Below, piece by piece: positions 41,001-50,320 of a stretch of 64,000 nucleotides of DNA. The number at the start of each line of letters is the position of its first letter. The first letter of the stretch is position 1. This DNA is from a virus. Where the stretch lies: IMG/VR virus record IMGVR_UViG_3300045988_054045, one strand, 5' to 3'. A program made the translations under genes and the position numbers. The notes below the pieces were generated by a model. That model did not search any database. It was not told the origin of the DNA and was given only the letters and a program-made list of their open reading frames with translations.

Positions 41001-44000
41001 CTTGAACTAATGGGCTAACAGAATTATTAACTGATGAGTAAGGAATCTGAATAGTTTCCATGCTTTCACAGTTTCTAATAATTACTGTTTTTACATTCGG
41101 TGGGATGTTCAAAGTCTTTAATGCACCACAGTTATTTATTTCTATAGATGTTAACTTCAAACAATCATCAATCAGCAATGATTCTAGGAATGATTGATTC
41201 TCTAGTTTAAGACTAGTAATATCAGTTCCAGACATATTTAGAATCTTTAATACAGCTGATGTAGGGAATGTAATCTTAGTAATAGAAGAATAAGAAACAT
41301 CCAACTCCTGAATCTTACGACAACCACTTAAGTCTAATGTATATGCAGAAGCAGTAGAACCAATCAGTTTAACCTTACTTAGATTTAACTTCTTTATATT
41401 CTTTAGACCAATATCATTAGCCTCATTGTATACACCTCCCTGGAAGAAGTAAGCAGCATCCACATTAGTCAAGCCACTTAAGTCTAGCTCTTGTAACATA
41501 GGTAGGTTAATATTATCCAAACCTGTCCAAGGGTAGCTCTTGAATTTAGTAAAGTCCGTTATATACTTGTTAGCATACATATACACCACTGTTTCACCAG
41601 TAGGCATAGGTAAAATAACTGAAGTAGGAGTTTCACTAATCCAGAAAGCACCAGTAGTTTTATCGTGTGAATAATGATATAATATTTGGCTACTTGCTGT
41701 AATATCTGTACTAAACCTAACCTCAGTAGCTGAACCAGTAGCTTTATTAGAAGCCCACAGACCAGTGATAGGAGATTCAATAGTAGTTGGTAGCAAGTTA
41801 GTATTATCCTTATAACCATACACACCATCTAAGAACATTATTCTCTTTCTAAACCAATCCTTAACGTGCATTACACGATTACCATGTAAGAACTTTAATT
41901 GGCTAAAGTCAGTACTATCCTCATATTTACCTGTGTTTGGGTCATATGTCTTAGATATAGCAAGATATTTAATCTTGTAATCATAATTAAACATAATAGA
42001 ACCTGTTTTTTCAGTATATGACTGATAGTAATCCTTAATGAACTTATCAGGGTCTGGGAATAGGTTAGTTCTTAGATTCACATATAATGATTCCAAGCTA
42101 GTTCTGTTTTCAGTACTACCGCTATCTATACCAGCTAAGTTCTCTAATACTTCCCAAATTCTATTCCACCAAGATGCAAAGAATTGTTTATAACTATCAG
42201 TAGATACATAATTCTTCTCCTGTGTATATTGAGTAATACCAGTATCCTGTGAAGAGATATTATACCATCTATGTAGATGTGCCCAATATTCTACAATATC
42301 TTGTCCAGCATTGTTCAAACCAAATGCCGTATCCATATCATAGAAGCAACAATACCATACATCAGTACCCCAACTACGAATAGTTAAGTTCTTACACATA
42401 GAGTCCACACAACCAAATAGTAATGCAATCATAAAATAAGCACAAGCATTATCCCAGTTTAGATGCTGGTCACAAGCACTAAAGTTATAATAAGCATTCT
42501 TATCCAAATCATAGAACTCTCCAGGAATAGGTTTAGTTGGGGTTTGTCCAGCATCATCCATTGTATATTTCTGGATACGAGTAAGAGCCATATTAGCCAT
42601 CTGAGTATAGAACTTCTGTACTTGATTATAACCGATTGATTCATCCCTAGATGTATACATTACATCACCCATGAACTGCACAATCTTCATATCGTCTTGT
42701 TGGAATGCACCTTGTGCAGAAGAGTTTTGGTTGATTTCAACAGAATATACACCGTTGCTAACTCCAGTATTCCATCTATCAATATTCTCTGTATAATCAG
42801 TTACCAATGTTGGCCCATCTTGATTTATCTTAGTGTAATCAGTAAGTAACTTCAATCCAAGATTAAAGAAGGCATACCTACCTAAGTTAAAGTTATAGAT
42901 ACCACAGAATTTAGGTTGTTTAATAGTTCCATCAGCATCAGGTGCATATCTAATAAACAGAAGAACTGGGAAACCTTCAGAGGTATGTTTAATTTTACCT
43001 CTAATTGAGTTAGCCTTATCAGCATCTCCTCCCCAAACATCATTACCTAACGACATAGGTGGTGTAGCTCCAAATGGGGTAATGGATTGTCCAGCAGAAT
43101 TTGTAGCTCTACCATTAACAATCTGACCAATTACTACATTATTAACGTGAGCGGAGTCTACTACGTCAGCCTTTAATGTAAATTCATTTTCAGGCAACCA
43201 ATCATCAGTAGGTTGGAATAGCATCTTCTTACCTGTTTGGTCTACATCCCCCATGTAGATTTCAAAGTTCTTAGCATTATATGATAGAGAAGATGTACCT
43301 TGTAGACCAATAGTAACACCGTTGTTCTCGGATACACCACTAGGTGTACTAATAACTACTTTACCTTTACTATCTTGATAAGTAATCTTTACGGGGAACT
43401 TAGTACCCATTACTTCTACCTTATCAGATGCAGAGAATATAGCAGTTGAGTAAGGCTCAAACAATGTTGGGCTATTAGATGTTTCCTCTACTAATACAAT
43501 AGGGTAAGGAGTGTTGATTTCCATCTGTTCAACTAGCTTAGCATATAGCAATTCACCAGTTAGGAAACCACCTTTACCACCATCAAGAGTTTTATCCCAA
43601 ATTAGACAGTTACCTGCACTATCAAATAGGTTCTTAGTTCTCAACTCAGCATCAAGAGAAGCATCAATTTGTCCTCTAACTAGTCTGGCTTGCTCTGTTG
43701 CAGATATATAGTTTTGTACAATGGCATATTCACTTTGTGAAGACGTATATAGTTTAATATCGTAGATACTAACATCAGAGAATCTACTTCTAATTCCATT
43801 ATCGTTTCTACATCCGAAATAGAAATCAGTACCAAACATCCAGTCAATGTCTGATTGAAGTACTCTACTTACAGCAGATAGTACACCATTTACATAGATT
43901 TTGAAGTACCAAGCATTTCCTGATAGTAGTGACACATCTAGGTCTACAGTTAATAACTCATTTTGAGGTAATTTAACCGTTAGTGTGTCAGCAGAACCTA

Positions 44001-45732
44001 TCTTACATACAGCTTTCTCTAATGAAATTTCATATCCAGTCTTTAGCTCTCCATCCTCATATTGACCAATACCACATACCACTTCCTCTGGATAAGAAGA
44101 AGCCTCTGCTTTATAAGTACAAGATATATGGAAACCTACGGGTTGGAAGAACGATACACCAGCACCAATATCAACAGCAGGGAACATTTGCTCTGCTACC
44201 TCTAAATAACCATATGCTTCACCGCTTAGCCTTGTTGCAGGTATTTGATTTACTCCATCACTGTCTTGCAAGAAACCACTAGTTTTACCATTTACACCCT
44301 TTAGAGTAAAGTTTACCCCATCTGGAAATTTGGATGCAAATGCACCTTCATATATAAACTCCCCACTGTTCTTAATAGGATAATTCCAAGTACCAGTTGC
44401 AGTGTTAGGAAATCCAGTAATTTTACTGAAGTATGCAAGTAGTGTATGCATATCGTTATTAGCATACATCTCTGTACTAACGCTTTCTACTATTCTACAA
44501 GTAACAGTCTTAGTATATTGTGCAGATGTATCACCAGGGTCATTAACCGCATATCCAAACAGTGTAATTCTTAAATACTCACCTGGATTATTAACAGATA
44601 GATTTACTGTACTATATACGAACCTATTAGTTTCACTCTTGTTAATATTCTTAATTGTACCAGTATCAAGTAATGACACTTCACCACTTTCATTCATTAA
44701 ATGGATTTTGTAATCCATGTTGAATGTACTGTATTTACTAAGACCATAGCTAAAGTAGTAGCTAAATCCAAGTTGTGAACCTTGACCATATTGAGTCAAA
44801 TCATCAATAGTCTCCCCAGGATTTGATGATGGAGTAAACTCTGTAATATCCTCAGTTACAATAACTAGGTTATTACTATCAGCTACAGTAACGTCAAACT
44901 TGATTTGCTCTGAAGATAGTACCTCACCATTAAGAGTAGTACTAGCTTGTGCAACGAAGTAAAATCTCTGACCAGCTTTAGGATTGAAGTGTTCACTCTC
45001 GAATAGCAACTTACGAGCATCATAGCTTAATGCTCTAATAGCTGTAGTAATGTTACCTACTCTAGCTACTTCAATACCATTAATAGTCATCCAGAACTCT
45101 GCGGGACTTTGAAGAATGTTATTAGTTACAGTATAGTTAAGAGGTACTTCTGCAACACCACCCATATACATAGTCTTAGGTGGAATGGATTGAATTTCTA
45201 GAGATATAGCTCCAGCTACAATCTTTACATATGTAGGGGTTGCATAAGTATTATCATTATCATAGGCAGATAATTCTACGTCAGTAGTTCCTGATAATCC
45301 AGTAATAGTAATATCAGTTCTAGCCATAGAATATTTCTTCCATGTTCCTAATGTCTTGTTGGTAGCTAAATCTTTAGCAATTACAGTAAATGACTTTTTA
45401 ACACCGCCACTCTTAATTAATATATTAAGCGTAACAGTATTGGTAGCAGTATAGACAGTAGTTCCTTCAGCTACATCAATAGTATATTCAGAACCATCAC
45501 CACCTTCTCCACCACCGCCACCTCCACCTTTGGCACCATTAAGGTATATCCAGGCAAGGTTTTGCTCTAGCTTAGTCATTCTATTATCTAGCTTTGTAAA
45601 GCCATTGTCAATCGAAACTGAATCCCCAGCTTCATTTAAGAAGCCAGGGTTAGTCAGTTCCAATTCTGAAGCATTAGAAGCACCGTCAATTACCCATTTT
45701 CCAGTGACTTCATCATAATGTTTTATTTTCAT
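38002..45732 (-). CDS. Giant multidomain fibre/receptor-binding protein (2576 aa): N-terminal anchor + poly-Gly linker, LamG-like, CotH-like, classical LRR, BspA-type LRR
   Basis: GGGGGGGEGGDG linker (nt about 45495-45530). LamG-like YFKIYVNGVLSAV ... VSIYDIKLY (about 43700-44350). CotH-like GLQGTSSLSYNAKNFEIYM ... FTLKADVVDSAHV ... YDMDTAFG (about 42300-43330). LRRs LDLSGCRKIQELDVSYSSITKITF and similar (about 40680-41520). Repeated MF.GC..L units (about 38100-40660). Confidence 0.6.
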   Translation of the reverse strand: MKIKHYDEVTGKWVIDGASNASELELTNPGFLNEAGDSVSIDNGFTKLDNRMTKLEQNLAWIYLNGAKGGGGGGGEGGDGSEYTIDVAEGTTVYTATNTVTLNILIKSGGVKKSFTVIAKDLATNKTLGTWKKYSMARTDITITGLSGTTDVELSAYDNDNTYATPTYVKIVAGAISLEIQSIPPKTMYMGGVAEVPLNYTVTNNILQSPAEFWMTINGIEVARVGNITTAIRALSYDARKLLFESEHFNPKAGQRFYFVAQASTTLNGEVLSSEQIKFDVTVADSNNLVIVTEDITEFTPSSNPGETIDDLTQYGQGSQLGFSYYFSYGLSKYSTFNMDYKIHLMNESGEVSLLDTGTIKNINKSETNRFVYSTVNLSVNNPGEYLRITLFGYAVNDPGDTSAQYTKTVTCRIVESVSTEMYANNDMHTLLAYFSKITGFPNTATGTWNYPIKNSGEFIYEGAFASKFPDGVNFTLKGVNGKTSGFLQDSDGVNQIPATRLSGEAYGYLEVAEQMFPAVDIGAGVSFFQPVGFHISCTYKAEASSYPEEVVCGIGQYEDGELKTGYEISLEKAVCKIGSADTLTVKLPQNELLTVDLDVSLLSGNAWYFKIYVNGVLSAVSRVLQSDIDWMFGTDFYFGCRNDNGIRSRFSDVSIYDIKLYTSSQSEYAIVQNYISATEQARLVRGQIDASLDAELRTKNLFDSAGNCLIWDKTLDGGKGGFLTGELLYAKLVEQMEINTPYPIVLVEETSNSPTLFEPYSTAIFSASDKVEVMGTKFPVKITYQDSKGKVVISTPSGVSENNGVTIGLQGTSSLSYNAKNFEIYMGDVDQTGKKMLFQPTDDWLPENEFTLKADVVDSAHVNNVVIGQIVNGRATNSAGQSITPFGATPPMSLGNDVWGGDADKANSIRGKIKHTSEGFPVLLFIRYAPDADGTIKQPKFCGIYNFNLGRYAFFNLGLKLLTDYTKINQDGPTLVTDYTENIDRWNTGVSNGVYSVEINQNSSAQGAFQQDDMKIVQFMGDVMYTSRDESIGYNQVQKFYTQMANMALTRIQKYTMDDAGQTPTKPIPGEFYDLDKNAYYNFSACDQHLNWDNACAYFMIALLFGCVDSMCKNLTIRSWGTDVWYCCFYDMDTAFGLNNAGQDIVEYWAHLHRWYNISSQDTGITQYTQEKNYVSTDSYKQFFASWWNRIWEVLENLAGIDSGSTENRTSLESLYVNLRTNLFPDPDKFIKDYYQSYTEKTGSIMFNYDYKIKYLAISKTYDPNTGKYEDSTDFSQLKFLHGNRVMHVKDWFRKRIMFLDGVYGYKDNTNLLPTTIESPITGLWASNKATGSATEVRFSTDITASSQILYHYSHDKTTGAFWISETPTSVILPMPTGETVVYMYANKYITDFTKFKSYPWTGLDNINLPMLQELDLSGLTNVDAAYFFQGGVYNEANDIGLKNIKKLNLSKVKLIGSTASAYTLDLSGCRKIQELDVSYSSITKITFPTSAVLKILNMSGTDITSLKLENQSFLESLLIDDCLKLTSIEINNCGALKTLNIPPNVKTVIIRNCESMETIQIPYSSVNNSVSPLVQVTIDNCPGMKEFSIPGQNNPSLKLELTGAWNLETLDLSRTMTSDITLASLYVNGQPNFFSLKRLVISNTSLSSLKYNDQAPDFLDLTAFPNLESIEAISCKQLVEVRCKNDRDNPIEVPRGAFRDCISLQRIKGHLSLEGGETFRGCSQLYLNPDLIYTQYGTDVFLEGNDVTNITFSQKLTDVYFMFEGCAKVSYNDFKYLMVRLTDNIVSLEGMFKGCANITGDMWYDLFRVCPNVSSIKEAFSGTNLTGPFFSRTSDYSPSKDSTWGILDFLPKLTDAEAAFDSTSLEWIDNNIFAPADGKYSPLVKIDYMFRDCQQLKSCENTRAVVLSDGLLSSKTFFTNLRNLVSPYPKGVFTGCSGVRMTVDNDSSGNTYLFHTINKVAQSLILNDSVYAGVKLVGKIGPNVFGGISQTINDGSTTWYIPTFSSIQYPFQYSGGEATVNLSEMADMFQGISGTLRQAIGILNGLKCTEESGAQSIPSNIFRNCRILNSIEGFFSGIDLDNDGKIYQFPPAGMFDDCISLTSIKSLFSGCYNLKLKLVGEGFKNCPLQDVSYAFENSGVFGYIPYRLFFMSRDNSDGTKSINRTITNMKGVFKGCWCLGYDETRTMDIGSELILNSTWTTWADHIVKNAGNRVTYKLDVSNMKKSYNYDRNEDSGSEDYNPGEQAFDVWYLDGYGWEGASSTESGLEEVKTRLTEKYFKYDTQQKTAISQAGTGRAEVGYQNYMIPTDYFRYCHADCTLEDSMIDFNYPEQVRVFMPDSGDWSIEQTGKWDGMIGRIPCKLFESLIDTPKMQGVFRTTRFCAFVNLQGDTFTRGIKYPPDLFKYNAKLEDITGMFSQTVFEVGVDVNSNLFANNPNLKIISEVWANCKFDKRAYNAGGTQEIYPQFDFPNLFKNNTRIVNASNLFAVTTGGSDEETDYGLLLITEDLLKLCYNINDISGMFYYCTKLQGAVPTFSSSTYPILNIVQGYLTGVKKSNITNADQLESRLVPSEWL

Positions 45733-48700
45733 TGTAATGTCTTTTCAATTACTATATTGTTACTTGGATTAGTAGAACCATTTCCTCCAACCTTCTTCAA
45801 GTCCGTGTAAGCAATAGGAACATTATACTTATAAGCCCAAACCTTAGTATTGTCTTTTAGTTGTAACTTATATGATTTACCTAATATCCTATCTCTTGTA
45901 GCAGTAGTCATTGAGGGATTTTCTACCTCATCACCATTTCCTATATTCCATATAATGTAATTAGGATATTGTTGAGCAGTATTAACTTTTACTGTAGCAG
46001 TATTAGTAGTATTGTTCTCAATCTGACTGGCTACTGGGTAGTATTCTAATAACCAAGGTATATTCTTTGCAGGTAACTCCTTGTTAGAAGTTAACTTATA
46101 TCCTGTAGCTTGACACATTACATATCTTACATAATTCTGACTTGCATCAGTAGAGATTTGAACACATTGTCTTTCTCTATCTGGTAAGGAGGTATACCAT
46201 GTAGGAGTTAATGAAGGGTCGTAAACGATAGGTTCCATTGTCCTACTAGGATTTTCCCTAATATATCTAGAATTGGAGTAAGTATGCTTATGTCCGCATA
46301 GACACAGCTTAAATCCGTTATCTTGCATCCATTGACTGAACCAATAACTACCAACTGTGTTTAAGTGGCTACCACCTCTCTTAATGTCTAAGTTCTTATC
46401 ATAAGTTCCACCTTCATTCTTCTTTAAGTAACTCATAATTAAGTCAGCAGTAATAATGGTAAATGGAGCTTCATGGCAGAAAGCAACCTTCCACTTAATT
46501 TTCTCATCAGCTGCGTGTTGTGCTAAATCAGCAGTTGCCCAATCTTTTAAGTCATTATATACGTTCACACCAGTTATATCTCCGAACACATCTGTCCTCG
46601 CTAATTCAGTGATTTCAGAGTTCATAGACAAGAAATAGGTATTACCATATACAAAACTATAGCAGCAAGGTATGTACACTCCAGCAGACGAAATGGGTAC
46701 TGTATAAGGGTGTTCAAATGTGAAGAAAAATTCCACATTTACAGGACTAGTTTTACTAATATCCTCACCATCACCTAGCGTATACACATCCACAGGTGTA
46801 AGGTCATTGTTTCCAACAGTATACATTTGCTCAGTGTCCTTATAGATTGCCTCTCCACCTTTGTAGTAGTCAATCCATTCGTTGAATCTATTACCATTTT
46901 GAGTTTGGTCTCCAGTATTCATACAGAAGTGATATGGATTCTCAGTTTTATCCGCATCAATATACTCAGCGCAGATTCTCCACATTTCATATTCCTCTGC
47001 ATTAAATCCTTGTTGGTCACTTACTTGTAGGAAGTTAAATCCATTTTCAATACACTTGTCTCTGTTTCTAAGTGTAAATGACCTCTCTTCTGTCCAAGCT
47101 CCTTCTCTACCCACTTTATAGAAGTATTTCTGAGTATCAGCAGGTTCCTCAAAATCTTTAATGAACTTGTGAACTGTAAATGGAGTTCCATCTGTAGTTA
47201 TACTTCTAATCCTATTGTAAATTTTATTAGTCCAATTTTTATGGTTGGCAGGTCTATTAGGATTTTGGCTAGTGCCTTCTGAATTGAAGTCTTCCTTCTT
47301 GAAAGATTCAAACTTATTATCCTCAGTATAGTCTTCCCCATCTTTTCTAATCCAGATATACTCGTTATAATATCCAACGGATACCCAGTTAAAGCATCTA
47401 GTTTTATGAGCATCATGTCCTAATGTACAAGTAACAATATTAGGAGCACCCTCAGTCAGTAGATGTTTATTGAAGAATATATTTTTATTTTGTGAAGAGT
47501 TCTTAGGAGTATATTCTTGAATATCAATAGCTGGATTAATATTATCCATATTGATATAAGTCCAATCCTTAACATTACTCCTAGCACTTAAAGCCTTAGT
47601 AGCCTGCTTAACTGGGTCCATGTTATAGTAACGCATTAGTAACACGTTACTTCCCTTAGTAGCTATAGGAGATGCTTCACATGGCATTGATTTATCGTTA
47701 TAATTACCTATTCCGACTAAATCCACATACCATTTAATTACTCCATTAGTAGTCCACGGTGCTGTACTATTCATAACTGTACCTTCAAAATAGTCAGTAG
47801 TTTCTTCACTACTAATATAGAATGCACAGTCATAGCTAAATTTAATACAGTTATCTTTACTAGACCAAATACTATGAGCTTGAACTCCAGCACCTTCATC
47901 TCCAGCAATCTCAAGTCTTGTATTATTAAGAGTTGCATCCTTAGTCCAATACATATCAGGTTCACCAACCTTAATTAGTGTAGTATTGATATTCTCTACG
48001 GAGCATTGAGCACCTTTAATCAAGAATGTTCCTTGAGATTTAAGAGTGCCAATTAGAGGTAATGTAACCCAATCTCCACTATTTCTTTCTGTATAATGTA
48101 AGTACAGTCCCTTTAGATTTAAGTCCTTCTTACCAAGATTACATAATTCTACGAAATTGTGAGACACTGGATTATAATCTTTATCTTCTGATGTTCCTCC
48201 GCAATATACCATATTAACATATATCTTTGGAGAATCTTTAGAACCAACTTCCTCTGGAATGATTGGGAAGTATGGAGTTGTATAATAAATTCCAGTACCT
48301 TGAGTCTGAGCATTACCAGCTAGAGTATTCTTATCTAATCTATAATCATGTATATCTAACTTACCATCCTTAACCTGAATAAGGAATGTATTCTCTTTAT
48401 TTGTCATGTCAGCAAACTCAATACCAATAATCTTGGTTTTAGCAGAGCTACCACTTCCAATGACTTCGGTTAATATTCCATCCATTGTTTCTGGGTCTGG
48501 TCCAGGTCCTGGGTCTTCTCCACCACCTGTGCTACCTATTTTAATTAGTTTGTAAGTCTTAGGGTCTTTAATCCATAATGTCTGAGTATCATAGCACCAT
48601 AACAATTCTTTAGGAAGAAAGTCATTCTTATTGGCTTGCATTTCAGCATATGTACCACTTTTAATACATATATGCTTAGCATTAGGCAAATACTCTTCAT

Positions 48701-49424
48701 ACTCAGTTGGTTCAGGTGAATCAGCAAGAACTATATCCTTATTGGCTTCTTGGGTGGCATTGTCTTCCTCCTCTGAAGTACCATAATTAGGTTCTTCATT
48801 AGGCATCCCATCATAAGCATAGTACTGATTATTCGTAAAGTCTCCCGAATCTATCTGGCAGTTAAATGCAAACTCTAACTTCCTTACCTTGTCTTGTAGT
48901 ACAGATATAACCTTTAATAGGTCTTGAATGACAGTACTACTTGTCATGTGCTCTTTATTCTCAGAAGTATCTATCCAAATACCTCCTTTATCTTCAGGTG
49001 GTATATCCTGTATATAAATTTTAGAGAAGGATTCCCATACAAAGCCATTAAAATATCGTATCTCGTTAATCTCATCAACGAATACAATTTGTCCTTTGAC
49101 TCTTAAATCATCACGGTCTAGTAGTTCCTCTAAGGTTTCTACGACCACTATGGACATTCCTCCCCCACCACTTCCTCCACCTCCTTGCACTTTCCATACA
49201 TTCCACACTCCACTATAGAATTGGTACATATGATTGTCATCGGGGGAGTTTTTAACGTAACACAGCATACCTTCTTTTAGTTTATTAGTACTAAGGAAGG
49301 CTTCCATATCACTCATATTGGTAACTTGGATGTAACCACCACGTAAGTCATTAACATCTGCTAACGCAAAGTTAGCATTGTTTTTGGGTTTGAGTTGACC
49401 AATTACCTCAATATATTCATTCAT
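45729..49424 (-). CDS. Fibre-like protein (1231 aa) with N-terminal anchor + poly-Gly linker, lamin-tail-domain (LTD)-like segment and C-terminal calcineurin-like metallophosphoesterase
   Basis: GGGGSGGGG (nt about 49158-49187). LTD-like HNFVELCNLGKKDLNLKGLYLHY (about 47980-48200). Phosphoesterase motif series VSDQQG, NTGDQTQNG, VGNNDL, FCHEAP, CGHKHTY (about 46270-47040). Confidence 0.6.
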   Translation of the reverse strand: MNEYIEVIGQLKPKNNANFALADVNDLRGGYIQVTNMSDMEAFLSTNKLKEGMLCYVKNSPDDNHMYQFYSGVWNVWKVQGGGGSGGGGMSIVVVETLEELLDRDDLRVKGQIVFVDEINEIRYFNGFVWESFSKIYIQDIPPEDKGGIWIDTSENKEHMTSSTVIQDLLKVISVLQDKVRKLEFAFNCQIDSGDFTNNQYYAYDGMPNEEPNYGTSEEEDNATQEANKDIVLADSPEPTEYEEYLPNAKHICIKSGTYAEMQANKNDFLPKELLWCYDTQTLWIKDPKTYKLIKIGSTGGGEDPGPGPDPETMDGILTEVIGSGSSAKTKIIGIEFADMTNKENTFLIQVKDGKLDIHDYRLDKNTLAGNAQTQGTGIYYTTPYFPIIPEEVGSKDSPKIYVNMVYCGGTSEDKDYNPVSHNFVELCNLGKKDLNLKGLYLHYTERNSGDWVTLPLIGTLKSQGTFLIKGAQCSVENINTTLIKVGEPDMYWTKDATLNNTRLEIAGDEGAGVQAHSIWSSKDNCIKFSYDCAFYISSEETTDYFEGTVMNSTAPWTTNGVIKWYVDLVGIGNYNDKSMPCEASPIATKGSNVLLMRYYNMDPVKQATKALSARSNVKDWTYINMDNINPAIDIQEYTPKNSSQNKNIFFNKHLLTEGAPNIVTCTLGHDAHKTRCFNWVSVGYYNEYIWIRKDGEDYTEDNKFESFKKEDFNSEGTSQNPNRPANHKNWTNKIYNRIRSITTDGTPFTVHKFIKDFEEPADTQKYFYKVGREGAWTEERSFTLRNRDKCIENGFNFLQVSDQQGFNAEEYEMWRICAEYIDADKTENPYHFCMNTGDQTQNGNRFNEWIDYYKGGEAIYKDTEQMYTVGNNDLTPVDVYTLGDGEDISKTSPVNVEFFFTFEHPYTVPISSAGVYIPCCYSFVYGNTYFLSMNSEITELARTDVFGDITGVNVYNDLKDWATADLAQHAADEKIKWKVAFCHEAPFTIITADLIMSYLKKNEGGTYDKNLDIKRGGSHLNTVGSYWFSQWMQDNGFKLCLCGHKHTYSNSRYIRENPSRTMEPIVYDPSLTPTWYTSLPDRERQCVQISTDASQNYVRYVMCQATGYKLTSNKELPAKNIPWLLEYYPVASQIENNTTNTATVKVNTAQQYPNYIIWNIGNGDEVENPSMTTATRDRILGKSYKLQLKDNTKVWAYKYNVPIAYTDLKKVGGNGSTNPSNNIVIEKTLQ

Positions 49425-49426
49425 GC

Positions 49427-49463
49427 TGATAAAAATAAAGGGCTATGTTATTCACACAGCCCT
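49427..49463 (-). terminator. Rho-independent terminator abutting the start of the 1231-aa gene
   Basis: - strand RNA: AGGGCUGUG / CAUAGCCCU (9 bp, one G-U), loop UGAAUAA, then UUAUUUUUAU. The next ATG is at 49424. Confidence 0.65.
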
Positions 49464-49474
49464 CGTTTATTATA

Positions 49475-49921
49475 TTACGCTACGAATAAGCTATAAAGTA
49501 CTTCTAAGAAATCAGCTGCATTCAATTTAGTTCCATTAATTTCAACATCGTTGCCTGCATTTACCTCAATAATCTGAGCAAATTCATCTTCACTCAATGT
49601 GGTATCAATTTGTACTTCCTCTTTTCCTCTCTTATCAACGTAAGCATTATACTCCTCATTGATTTGCTTATTCCAAGCCTCAACTTGAGCTTTATCTTCT
49701 TCTGTTTTGTCTTCTTTCATTATCAGTTCTTGATAACCCTTTGGAGTTAGTTCTTTGACAGCTTCTTGTAAGTCCTCTTCAAGTTGCTTTCTTATTTTAC
49801 CTAACTCAATTCTCATACCCATTAACTTTACCTTTAAGTCTTTGCTAAGTTCCTTGTCTCCGTCTCTAAGCAGTACTTTAGTGATAAAGTTGTGCTTAAT
49901 CATCATTTCATTTAGTGTCAT
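49475..49921 (-). CDS. Hypothetical helical acidic protein (possible fibre assembly/chaperone role, unverified)
   Basis: 148-aa ORF with Lys/Glu-rich helices, located between fibre genes and followed by a terminator. Confidence 0.45.
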   Translation of the reverse strand: MTLNEMMIKHNFITKVLLRDGDKELSKDLKVKLMGMRIELGKIRKQLEEDLQEAVKELTPKGYQELIMKEDKTEEDKAQVEAWNKQINEEYNAYVDKRGKEEVQIDTTLSEDEFAQIIEVNAGNDVEINGTKLNAADFLEVLYSLFVA

Positions 49922-49925
49922 AAAA

Positions 49926-50207
49926 TTAAACTGTTAATTGTTGTTTTAAAGCTTTTACTGTTGCATCTAATAGGTTCATGCCCTTGTCTTCCAAATTTGC
50001 AGGATAGCTATTAACACTCTTGTTAATTAATCCCTCTCCCTCTTCAGAGTAACTAAATCCTCCAGTGAAAACATCCTCTAGTGTGAAGAATGACCCTGAG
50101 AAAGTAGTAATCATGTTATCTCCCATAATCTGTGCATCACCCTCAAGCTTCAGGTTAGCATCTTGATTCTTTACAGTGTACATTACTCTTTTGTTAAGTA
50201 ACTCCAT
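49926..50207 (-). CDS. Hypothetical small protein
   Basis: 93-aa ORF, 4 nt upstream of the next gene. Confidence 0.45.
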   Translation of the reverse strand: MELLNKRVMYTVKNQDANLKLEGDAQIMGDNMITTFSGSFFTLEDVFTGGFSYSEEGEGLINKSVNSYPANLEDKGMNLLDATVKALKQQLTV

Positions 50208-50320
50208 AATTAAAATTATTTAAAATTAGTTTTAGTCTAAAATCTCTTCTTAAGTTTTCGAGTGCTAAGTTAGTCATAATTTACTAATATTCAAAACAAA
50301 TTGTCTTAAATATTTATAAC

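Noticed and set aside
45495-45530. Poly-Gly coding runs (also 49158-49187) as slippage-prone phase-variation tracts
   Set aside because: They are encoded by mixed GGT/GGC/GGA/GGG codons with interspersed other codons, not by long mononucleotide or perfect short tandem repeats.
50208-50320. tRNA, small RNA or promoter in the 113-nt gap upstream of ORF 49926-50207 (and tRNAs in the gaps at 37813-38001 and 63644-63966)
   Set aside because: The gaps are extremely AT-rich, with no cloverleaf-compatible stems, no GTTCRANNC-like T-loop and no consensus -7 box. No tRNA, rRNA or CRISPR repeat structure was seen anywhere in the window.
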